From contig NW_021833947.1 of the NCBI RefSeq assembly GCF_006345805.1, positions 1 through 51,318 of the forward strand: a stretch of 51,318 nt of DNA, written 5' to 3'. Each line of letters begins with the position of its first letter. Positions within the stretch are counted from its first letter, which is position 1. This DNA is from Octopus sinensis (lineage: Eukaryota). Under the pieces are notes generated by a model. That model was not told where the DNA came from and ran no database searches. It saw only the letters and a program-made list of their open reading frames with translations. Below, piece by piece: positions 38,191-48,489 of the stretch. Made by a program: the position numbers and the translations under genes.

Positions 38191-38476
38191 TCTCTCCTGC
38201 CCATTTTCTTTTTCCGTTTTATGTAGGTTGATAAAATTCATTTATACATTTGTGTCTAGGATTCACAGTGACACGTGCGCGCACACATGTACACAAATAC
38301 ATACATAAGGCACAAATGCATACATGCATATGAATAAGCATATATATATATACGTATAAATAAGTATATATATATATAACGGGAAGCTTTATGAAAATAA
38401 ACAAAAGACGAAGGCAGGTGGAAAACAAACGAACAATTGTATTAGTATGGCGCTCAGGAAATATAAATAAAACAAG

Positions 38477-38514
38477 TCTTTAACGTTTCGAGCCTACGCT
38501 CTTCAACAGAAAGA
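38477..38514 (-). ncRNA. Minimal hammerhead-like motif, U6 variant (family G)
   Basis: TCTTT-CTGTTGA-A-GAGC-GTAG-GCTC-GAAAC-GTT-AAAGA. Confidence 0.6.
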
Positions 38515-38595
38515 TACACAGAGAGAGAAAAACACAGAAAGAAGGAGAGAAAAAAAATGCGTGCAGTAGCTAACGGATCAATATATATATATATT

Positions 38596-38653
<58 letters not shown>

Positions 38654-38666
38654 TATTATATATATA

Positions 38667-38945
38667 TATATAATTATAATAAAGAGGGTCTTTGCAACAA
38701 GTTGCTTGAGTTGCAAATACTGTTGTCCGTGGAGACATATTTTTGTAGTAAAAGAAATAACAGTCCTCTGGCTGCTATTTCTAATACCTTCGGTATGTGG
38801 TCTAGCAACTTGTTGCAAAGACCCTCTTTGTTATAATTATATAAACTTTTAACGAATATGGTCCTTTTCCATACCGAAACACTACTTGGTGAAATTTGTT
38901 GATTTTATTAAATTAATTATATTTCACCCTTTATCTGTATATATA
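38667..38945 (+). mobile_element. Foldback unit A: 39-bp inverted repeat followed by a decayed HHR
   Basis: Arms 38667-38706 and 38804-38842 (one mismatch); then GAATATGGT...ACCGAAACACTAC; second copy at 39762-40035. Confidence 0.7.
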
Positions 38946-38951
38946 TATATG

Positions 38952-39160
38952 TGTACATTAAAAGGCCTCTAAAAGAAGAAGCAAGTTTGCTGATGAGTCT
39001 AGCCTTGGCAGATAAATTATATTCATCTGCTAAAAAAAAGATGAAACTGTAGTACAAGATGAGCTGAGTTTGTAAACGTTTTTGATTTTCATTTCATGAA
39101 TTTATCCCCTTTTTGTGTATCTAGTACTTGCTTCTTCTTTTAGAGGCCTTTTAATGTACA
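38952..39160. repeat. 209-bp unit with perfect 35-bp terminal inverted repeats
   Basis: TGTACATTAAAAGGCCTCTAAAAGAAGAAGCAAGT (38952-38986) and its exact reverse complement (39126-39160). Confidence 0.9.
38986..39058 (+). ncRNA. Type I hammerhead ribozyme with long stem II, inside the 35-bp inverted repeat
   Basis: TTTG-CTGATGA-GTCT..TTGGCAGAT-(loop)-ATCTGCTAA..AGAT-GAAAC-TGTA-GTA-CAAG; predicted cut after 39054. Confidence 0.75.
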
Positions 39161-39349
39161 TGTATATGAATAACATATAGTCTAATGACTAATTTGTCTT
39201 TAGTGCTAGATCACTGGTAATAATAATTTATTCTATTACACTTTTTACTATATATATATGTATATATATATATATATATATATCTATATATATATATATA
39301 TATAATATATATATATATCTATATATATATATATTTAATATATATTTAT

Positions 39350-39661
39350 GTATAGCGAGAGAGAAAGGCAGACAAAGAAAGAATAGATAGATAGACATTT
39401 GTACAAAGACACACACACACATTTATAGCATTACGGACACACTAACACACATGTGTGTATATGTCTGTGTGTACATAAAAATGAATGACTTTGTATGCAG
39501 TGAATGTTGTGTGTGTGTGTGTGCGTGCGTGTGTGTGTGTATCTTTGAGTGTGTGTTTATGTGTGTTTGTACCCACCCCAACGCTTGAGAAGCGGTGCTG
39601 GTTTGTTTATGTCTCCGTAACTTATCGGTTCGCAAAGTGACCGATAGAATAAGATTATATT

Positions 39662-39760
<99 letters not shown>

Positions 39761-40026
39761 ATATAATTATAACAAAGAGGGTCTTTGCAACAAGTTGCTT
39801 GAGTTGCAAATACTGTTGTCTGTGGAGACATATTTTTGTAGTAAAAGAAATAAAAGTCCTCTGGCTGCTATTTCTAATACTTTCGGTATATGGTCTAGCA
39901 GCTTGTTGGAAAGACCCTCTTTGTTATAATTATATCAACTTTTACTGAATATGGTCCTTTTCCATACCGAAACACTAGTTGGTGAAATTTGTTGATTTTA
40001 TTAAATTAATTATATTTCACCCTTTA

Positions 40027-40078
<52 letters not shown>

Positions 40079-40390
40079 ATAGCGAGAGAGAAAGGCAGAC
40101 AAAGAAAGAAATAGATAGATAGACATTTGTACAAAGACACACACACACATTTATAGCATTACGGACACACTAACACACATGTGTGTATATGTCTGTGTGT
40201 ACATAAAAATGAATGACTTTGTATGCAGTGCATGTTGTGTGTGTGTGTGTGTGTGCGTGTGTGTGTGTGTATCTTTGAGTGTGTGTTTATGTGTGTTTGT
40301 ACCCACCCCAACGCTTGAGAAGCGGTGCTGGTTTGTTTATGTCTCCGTAACTTATCGGTTCGCAAAGTGACCGATAGAATAAGATTATAG
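39350..40390. repeat. Local tandem duplication (39350-39660 ~ 40078-40390; unit A 38667-38945 ~ 39762-40035)
   Basis: Near-identical blocks including a diverged main-SINE tail. Confidence 0.85.
39940..39987 (+). ncRNA. Degenerate hammerhead-like motif in unit A
   Basis: CTGAATA-T-GGT...ACC-GAAAC-ACTA-GTT-GGTGAAA; G8 changed, stem I shifted. Confidence 0.4.
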
Positions 40391-40447
40391 CTATGGGCTC
40401 CGTGTGAGCAATCATCTAAAAGTTTTTGTGCATTTTGATGTTGACAT

Positions 40448-40552
40448 AAGTTCCTTGCTTTTCCTGATGAGAGAGCGGCATAATGTACTCCTTATTCCTT
40501 CGCAATTAGGAATATGCAGCCTTCGAAACATATGTCAAAAATAAAGGAATTT
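40448..40552 (+). ncRNA. Type I hammerhead ribozyme with long stems I and II
   Basis: AAGTTCCTT-GC-TTTTC-CTGATGA-(54 nt with GCATA/TATGC and ATTCCT/AGGAAT helices)-GAAAC-ATAT-GTC-AAAAA-TA-AAGGAATTT; palindromic ACATATGT; C.A mismatch at the base of stem I; predicted cut after 40536. Confidence 0.8.
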
Positions 40553-40817
40553 TGTTAATTCGTCGTTCAGCTCCATTCTTTCATATATTTATATTTTTAA
40601 AATAAACATACAAATTTACACACGAAAGCACGTAATCTATGAACTAGGCACGTAACCTCAACCGTATTTTTTCAGATGTGAATTTGCTACCCAAGTATCG
40701 GTTAATTCGAATTATCCTTAATAAGATAATTCATTCAACTACTCAAATATATATATATATATTATATATATATGTATATATATATATATATATAATATAT
40801 ATATATATATAATATGA

Positions 40818-43800
40818 TTGATTTGGATTGATTTGATTTTGATTTTTCCAGTTTCAGCTTATGAGCTGTGGCCATGCTGGGGCACCGCCATTTGGTGTTG
40901 CTACTTGGTTTCACTTCATGAAGGCTTTCTAGCAGCTGCTATTTGGTGCATGAGAGAGTTCGATGCAGCTGCCCTCATCTGCCCCTCCTGCCGTGAAGTT
41001 GGTTCATCTGGGACACCTGACAGGAAGAGATCCAGCTTCATTTTAAAGTCATCTGTATCCACCCCATGCAGGTCTCTCAGGTTCTTCGGGAGGATATTGA
41101 AGAGCTGTGGGCCTCGGAAGCCCAGGCTATCACAGAATCTTGTCCTACATCTTGATGGCAAGTTTGGAGTCCTAGGCACCACGTAGTGGCGCCCAGTTCT
41201 GGCATTTGCGTAACTCTCGATGCCAAAGTTCAGGACACTTCCCTCCAGGATCTTCCAGATGTATATTATGGCATATCTTTCCCGCCTACGCTCCAGGGAA
41301 TATAATTTTAATTTCCTGAGTCTTTCCCAGTAGCTTACATTCTGCATAGAGGCTATCTTCTTCGTGTAGCTACGTTGTATCGCCTCGAGCTCTGTGATCA
41401 ACTTGACACTGGATGGTGACCATAACTGAGAGCAGTAGTCAAAGTGGCTTAGGACAAGTGTCCTCCAGAGGACCATCATGGTTTCTTGTTCTCTTGTTCT
41501 AAAGGTTCTGAGGATCCATCCGGCCAGTCGTCTACATTTCATTGCCAATTTAGCAACATGTACACGAAAGGTCGCGTCATCACTCATGTAAATACCTAGG
41601 TCACGCACTGATTGTGCCTCTGGGATTGCTATTCTTCTTCCGGTCCAGTGTATTCATTGGGTATTGCATTTAGTTTTGCATGCTGATAGTATAGAGCTTG
41701 AAACTTTTCAGCATTGAACTGCATGCTATCTTTTCTTTTCGGCCACTTGTATATTTTGTCTAGCTCACATTGCAGGTGTTTAGTGTCCTCAGGGTTCTGT
41801 ATTGCCTGTGAAACTTTTGTATCATCTGCATAACTTGTGATCGTGGCTCTCTGCGTGGCTGAGGGCATGTCTGAGAGGGCCATTATGAACATTAGTGGTC
41901 CCAGAACAGTGCCCTGCGGAACACCGCTCACTATTTGCGTGTTAATTGGCCACTACCACCTGACTTCTATCTTTCAGAAAGTCATGAAGCCATTCTCCCA
42001 GTTTTCCAACTATGTTGAGATCACGCAGTTTGTGACATATCATTCCATGATCGACTTTCAGCACCCAGTCATAGTGTTGTAGGAGCTGAGTTAAACAGCT
42101 TCTCCCTGGTCGGAAACCATGTTGGGTGTCGGGCAGCAAGTCATTTTCTTCAAGGAAGGTGATCAGCTTCCTTCTGACTATTCGTTCCATGACCTTGCTG
42201 ATGTGTGAGGTCAGAGAGATAGGTCTATAGTTCTTGGCTTCCGCTCTGCTACCTCCTTTATGAATGGGGCATATTTTACCTTCCTTCAGTTTTCTTGGAA
42301 GTTTGCCAGCTGCAAGGAAGCTCTGAAAGAGGAACTGCAGTGGTCTTGCTAGGACTCTCTTACATGCTTTTAGGAGGATTGCCGGGAATCCATCGGGGCC
42401 AGTAGCTGAGTCTGTTTTCATTTCATCTATAGCCTTGATTACATCGTCTTCCTTTATATCGATGTAATCTATCGTCGCCGCCTCTGATTTTATATCTGCA
42501 GTGGTAAAAAAGTCAGTTGGATTGGTGATTTGGAGATGCCCAAGGGGTGGAGTGAAAACACTCTTGAATTGCTCATTCAGTATTTCACTTACCCTCATTG
42601 GTTTTCCTGTAAGTGTGCCATCCTTTTCGAGGAGTGGCCCTATTCTACAGTGCACCGTAGCTGTTTCTTTGGCATACCTGTAGAAAGCTCTGAGGTTAGA
42701 TTTTATGTTTTCTATAGCCCAGGCTTCTTTGTCTGCTCTTTCCTTTTCATGGGAGAGTTTCAGACATTTTTCGATTTCCAACAGTTTTATTTTTAGGCGG
42801 GACTTTTCACTGCTTTCAATCTGTTTGTTTAGGCGATTTGAAAATTTTGTACGCCGTCTCATTAGAATTTTCCTCTCTCTGGGGATTTTGTTCTTGTGTA
42901 CAGTGGCCTTTCTCTCTGGGACATATTTGTAGCATATGGCTTGCATTACAGACATGAATTGTTGAAGTTTCACGTTGATGTCTGGCGAGGAGAGACATTT
43001 AGGCCAGTTTTGTTTGAGGATCTCTTTCTCAATTTGTTTCCAGTTGCCTTATGGTAGTTCAAGCTGGAAAGATTCTGGGGTTTCTTGTAGGCTGCATGTC
43101 CGTGCTCTCTTTTGGCCCATACATGGTCAGCTCTATCATGTTGTGATCCGAGAGTAGTGTCGGTGTCACTTTCACATTATGGATGAGATCCATGTCATTT
43201 GTGAAGCAGAGATCCAGTGTGTTACCTGCCCCGGTTGGTTGGAGTATTACCTGCTCCATGTACAGGGTGTTGATGAGGTTCAGGAGGGACCTTGCCTGTC
43301 CTCGTTCACATCTTGTCATTCCTGGGAGAGAAAGGCCCTCGGGCCATCTGACATTTGGCAGATTGAAGTCTCCCATAAGAAGTACACTTATGTGTTGTTC
43401 TAATGTGGTTAGAACTTCTTCTATTTTTATAAGGCAGTCTTCAAACTTGCCCACATGGCTTGGGGCATCTGGAGGGCGATATGTAGCACACACACTACAT
43501 CAAGTTGCCTAATATGTACAATTAGTGTGTCACACACCGAGTTTGAGTATGACAAGAGGACCTGGGGTGTGAGGTCCTCACGGATGTACATAGCAACACC
43601 TCCATGACTTCTTTCTTTCCTGTCGGTCCGTAGTACAGCATACTGTGGTATGTGTAACTCCGCATCTGCTATATCCGGTTTCAGGTGCGTTTCCGTTAGT
43701 GCTATGCATAAGGCTTGTTTGCATGCAACAAAATCTCTCAGGAACGGGATTTTTGTCCTGTTACTGAGTGTTTGCAGTCCTCTGATGTTCAGTAGGAGCA

Positions 43801-44080
43801 TCGAGGTGAGGTGTACGTTGTTGCCGGTGGTGTCCATCCTGGGTCTGTTTGCTGTGGTGGTGGTCTGGTATATAGTGGGTAGTCCCACCTGCGGGCTTGG
43901 GTTTGATGAAGCCAGGTCAGCTGCTGTACAATTTTTTGTGCCATGCACAAAAAAGATTGTTGCTCAGCAGCTGCCCTTTCGACAGCATCATGTTGGTGGT
44001 TTGTGGCACGCACAACATCTGCGTACCTCCGCTTTGGGGCAAGTGGTGCGTGGTCCATCCCTTTTCCTTGTGTTGATGGT
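40818..44080 (-). pseudogene. CR1/L2-group LINE: ORF1 remnant, ORF2 (APE + RT) with frameshifts, 3' tail (AATCA)n
   Basis: LLLNIRGL..TETHL..GGVAMYI, YRPP, GDFN, LDL, SDHN (APE); NYRPISLTS, QHGFRPGRSCLTQL, GVPQGTVLGP, YADD (RT); LYSLERRRER C-terminal region; flanked by (TA)n. Confidence 0.95.
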
Positions 44081-44081
44081 T

Positions 44082-44168
<87 letters not shown>

Positions 44169-44239
44169 GTATGTATGTATATATAGATCGCTAGTCACTA
44201 AACCTTTTTCATTTTCTCTCACTTTTACTTTCTGTGTTC

Positions 44240-44275
44240 CTTTCTGTTGGAGAGCGTCAGCTCGAAACGTAAAAG
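44240..44275 (+). ncRNA. Minimal hammerhead-like motif, U6 variant with A9G (family G)
   Basis: CTTT-CTGTTGG-A-GAGC-GTCA-GCTC-GAAAC-GTA-AAAG. Confidence 0.5.
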
Positions 44276-44299
44276 ACTTTCTCACTTCACTATTTCTAT

Positions 44300-44360
<61 letters not shown>

Positions 44361-44777
44361 GGCGCAGGAGTGGCTGTGTGGTAAGTAGCTTGCTAACCAA
44401 CCACATGGTTCCGGGTTCAGTCCCACTGCGTGGCATCTTGGGCAAGTGTCTTCTGCTATAGCCCCGGGCCCACCAATGCCTTGTGAGTGGATTTGGTAGA
44501 CGGAAACTGAAAGAAGCCTGTCGTATATATATATATATCTATATAAGTGTGTGTGTATATGTTTGTGTGTCTGTGTTTGTCCCCCTAGCATTGCTTGACA
44601 ACCGATCCTGGTGTGTTTACGTCCCCGTCACTTAGCGGTTCGGCAAAAGAGACCGATAGAATAAGTACTGGGCTTACAAAGAATAAGTCCTGGGGTCGAT
44701 TTACTCGACTAAAGGCGGTGCTCCAGCATGGCCGCAGTCAAATGACTGAAACAAGTAAAAGAGTAAAGAGTAAAAGA

Positions 44778-44780
<3 letters not shown>
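44361..44780 (+). mobile_element. Main-family SINE, full length
   Basis: Complete head, core, microsatellite and tail. Confidence 0.9.
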
Positions 44781-44809
<29 letters not shown>

Positions 44810-44811
<2 letters not shown>

Positions 44812-46886
44812 GAAATATGTTTCAAAAAGAAAATAGAAACTGCACGTGAAAGAGATATGGAGAAAGTAAGAAGAAAAAAGCGAAAATCCACATTGGATAT
44901 AAAAATAAAATAAAATAAAGGCTTTTTTATGAAAAGTAACGATACATATATACAATTAGATGAACTGAGGTAGAATTAAAAGGAATAAAAGTCATTATTA
45001 TGAATTGTTAAAGGGATTCAAAGTCAAACCGGTTTCGTCAACTACTCTCACTGGCTTTGAATGCGCACCGATTATCAAACGGTGTTGGGTCAACTAGTCC
45101 CTTGGTAAAATGATTATGTGTAAGGGAGGTAAGTAGTTCTGGGTGTGGTGCTATTAGGGTAGATATAATACTGTAATAAGAATGGTGTATGGGATGTATA
45201 GGAGTTTGTGGTATTATTGGTGAGGTTAGTAGTGTTCTGTATCATGTTATGTGCTCATGTTAAATTGTGGCTGGAATCTATTGATGAAAGTTGCCTCTTT
45301 GTTCATTCTTTGCTGTACTGAGTTGTTCAGAGAACATTCATAGACATTGATAGAAGAGGAAATTTAGAAAGTTAGGATTAAGCTTCCTTTCCTCGTGTTC
45401 ACGGACCCGTATCTGACTGTATTGTGAGTGGCGGATTTGTTTTTTGTGAAGGGGGGTTCTTCGACGGAGTGATATTCCTGTTTGGCCAATATATTGATTA
45501 CTGCACCCTAAGCAGATAATGGCATAGATTAGGTTTTCCAAGGTACAGGTGGAATTTGATTTAATCTTAAATATTTCACCTTGTTTAAAGTGGAACTCTG
45601 TACCTTCCAAAATGTGGGGGCATGTGCCACAGTTAGGCCTATCGCATTTTTTCACTTTTGGGTCCGTTGTTAATGGATACAGAATTGCATTGTTTAATAT
45701 TTTTTTCAATGATTTCGGTTGCATTTTACTCTTGATAATGTTGTGTGAGTCTAAAATTTTGTACATTATCTCATGTGAGAATGGGTAGATTTTGTATGAT
45801 AATTTCGAAGGCTTCATTGTTTCTAGGGTTATGTGTGGAGATGTATGGGAGTATTTTTAAGTCTGGTTAATTTCCCTAAATGTTCGTATGTTTATTTCCT
45901 TTGCTTGTTTAATCCCATCATTTATTAATAATGCTGGGTAATGTCTCTTGATTAGTATTGATCTGAGGTCAAGGAGTCTTCGTTCACGAGTATTGGTGTC
46001 CGAAACTATGATACAGATTCTTTTTGCTAGATTATAAGGTATATTAATTTTTATGTGTTTGGGGTGGCATGAGTTGAATAATAGGTTTTCTTTTGAATCT
46101 GTGGGTTTATAGAAGATGTCTGTTTCTATGTGATTATTGACTATTTTAATTAGGATGTCAAGAAAAGGGAGTTGTTTGTTGCTGTGTTCCATGGTGAATT
46201 ATATGTTGCTATTGATATTGTTGAGCATTATTTTGAAATCGAGGAGTTTGTCCATGTTATCTTTCCAAAGTATAAAGCAATCATCCAAATACCTCTTCCA
46301 GTTCTCCTTTAAATAGCAATGAAATAAGGTGCCATATTTTTATAGTGATGATTGGTATATTTTAAGTTCTAGGTAACCCATTACAAGGTTCGCAACACTG
46401 GGGGAGCTCGGGTTCCCATTTCAATTCCACATTTTTCTCGATAGTAAACTGTTCCGAACATGAAATAGTTGTTCAGTAGGATGAATTTGAGTGCTGCAAT
46501 TATGAATCTGGTTGATGCGTCCTGGGATCTCTTCTGGGTATTTTTCTAGCCTGAAGGTAATTGCTTCTATACCATAATCGTGTGGGATATTGGTGTACAA
46601 GTTCACCACATCGAATGATACTAACAGGGTTCCTTCATTTATTGTCTTCGGGAGGTGGTTAAGCATGTCTAAGTCATCCCTGTTGAAACTTTTCACATAA
46701 TTTAGAAATGGTTTGAGTAGGATGTCGAGGAAATTGCTCAAACGGTGGGTTTCACAAGCAGGGCCAACGATGATGAGTCTTAGTTTGAGAGTTAGTAGGG
46801 TGGGGGGAACATTAATTCATAGGTTTGGAGAATCTTTGCAAATATGTGAATTTTTGTGTTTTAGGTAATCCGTAGAATGGACTTGG

Positions 46887-46890
<4 letters not shown>
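44810..46890 (-). pseudogene. Penelope-like retroelement, Neptune type (RT + GIY-YIG), 5'-truncated and frameshifted
   Basis: FYGLPK, LVSFDVVNLYTNIP, WKRYLDDCF, LPFLDI..YKPT..SCHP (PLE RT); CDRPNCGTC linker; LIYAIICLGCSNQYIGQT (GIY-YIG); stop near 45247; 3' region ends at (TA)n. Confidence 0.9.
45016..45062 (-). ncRNA. Hammerhead skeleton lacking the CUGANGA strand, in the PLE 3' region
   Basis: ATTCAAAGCCA-GTGAG-AGTAG-TTGAC-GAAAC-CG-GTT-TGACTTTGAAT. Confidence 0.45.
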
Positions 46891-46974
<84 letters not shown>

Positions 46975-48089
46975 CATGTATGTATGCATGTATGTATGAA
47001 TGTATGTATGTATGTATGTATATATGTATGTATACCTGTGTCTGTGCCTTTTGGTGTACAAACGAATGACAGGGGTTCACTATATATAGTAGTGTTTATT
47101 CCTTCATCCGAGGTTTTATTCCGTTGTTACTTCATACTTTAGGGCCCCTGTCGTCATAGTAAATAGTAAAGGTTCTGATTTTGTATTAGGCTTATTTAAT
47201 TACTTCCTCAACCCAATTAACCTAAGACACACTATTCAATAAAATCAAAGATATATAAACAATATATATACGCTAGTGCTGGAGCAACGAGTGATTCGAA
47301 AAACATTATAGTAAAGGAGTGGTATTAGAGTGTACCAAATCTGCAGCAACAAAATTTACAATAATACTAATAAATAAAATATTTTAAAAATGAAGAAAGA
47401 AAAGAAAGCTGTCTTGGTTTTATTTGAACTCAGAACGTAAAGGGACAAATCTAAAATCTGTTCGGATATTTAAAACTTGTGATCTATTGTTTCATTCGTG
47501 CTTTTATTTCTATTCATTTTATAATCTTTTTATTCATTTATTCATTTTGCTGTGGTCGTTGTTTCGACTTCTTTTTTGTGTGTGTCGTTAATTTTTCAAA
47601 ATTATTCGGAAATTATGTTTTAACATGTCGCAAAAGATGACAAGGTATATTAGAGAAGCTAATTGTTGCAAGCATTAAAATATCACGAGCTAAACGCAAT
47701 AAGTGACGTTAATACGAGTTATTACGTTCGCTAACTGATACAACAGATAACAAAGAGTAATTTTTAACCGATATAATGAAATATAATGCTGATGTAATGC
47801 AATACACAGTGACGGTATAAAGGAGAGAGGGAAGTGGTGAAGGTACGACAGTGTAGGAGGAGTAGGATGTGTGAGGTGAGAAGGATTTAATTCAATATGA
47901 GGTAAAGGTGCATTGGAAGTGATAAGTTAATATTGTAAGATCATCTGATGTGAACTACTGCGATGTGTTGCGCTACGTTATTTGCTCTAGTTGTGTAGTA
48001 ACATACTATATTGCTGTTGTTCTAGTTGCTGTTTTTATTGTGTAATCCCAGGTCTACCCTGACTGGGTAACTACATAATACTCAGACAT

Positions 48090-48318
48090 CTATTTCTTTA
48101 CTACCCACAAGGGGCTAAACACAGAGAGGACAAACAAGGACAGACAAACGGATTAGGTCGATTATATCGACCTCAGCGCGTAACTGGTACTTAATTTATC
48201 GACCCCGAAAGGATGAAAGGCAAAGTCGACCTCGGCGGAATTTGAACTCAGAACGAAACGGCAGACGAAATACGGCTACGCCTTTCGCCCGGCGTGCTAA
48301 CGTTTCTGCCAGCTCGCC
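48090..48318 (-). mobile_element. SINE family B, best-preserved copy
   Basis: Reverse complement GGCGAGCTGGCAGAAACGTTAGCACGCCGGGCGAAA...GTTCTGAGTTCAAATTCCGCCGAGGTCGACTTTGCCTTTCATCCTTTCGGGGTCGATAAATTAAGTACC; central block resembles conserved SINE central domains (Meta-like, from recall). Confidence 0.85.
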
Positions 48319-48489
48319 GATATCGCTTGATATCTAATACTCAGATATCAAGCGAAAGGATACGACACAGATACAAATTCTAAGTCATACCATGTCCCTT
48401 CTTCGCTTAGTATCATGCAGCAATAAATGGTTAGGGAAAATTACGGCAACCAACATACAGCAATCGTTGTACTAGTAAGTCTAGTTCTG

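Noticed and set aside
43650-44186. Plus-strand ORFs over the LINE (178 aa and others)
   Set aside because: Antisense shadows of the LINE coding region
47066-47154. 10-bp inverted repeat ATGACAGGGG/CCCCTGTCGT as a MITE
   Set aside because: Too short, single copy, no target duplication seen
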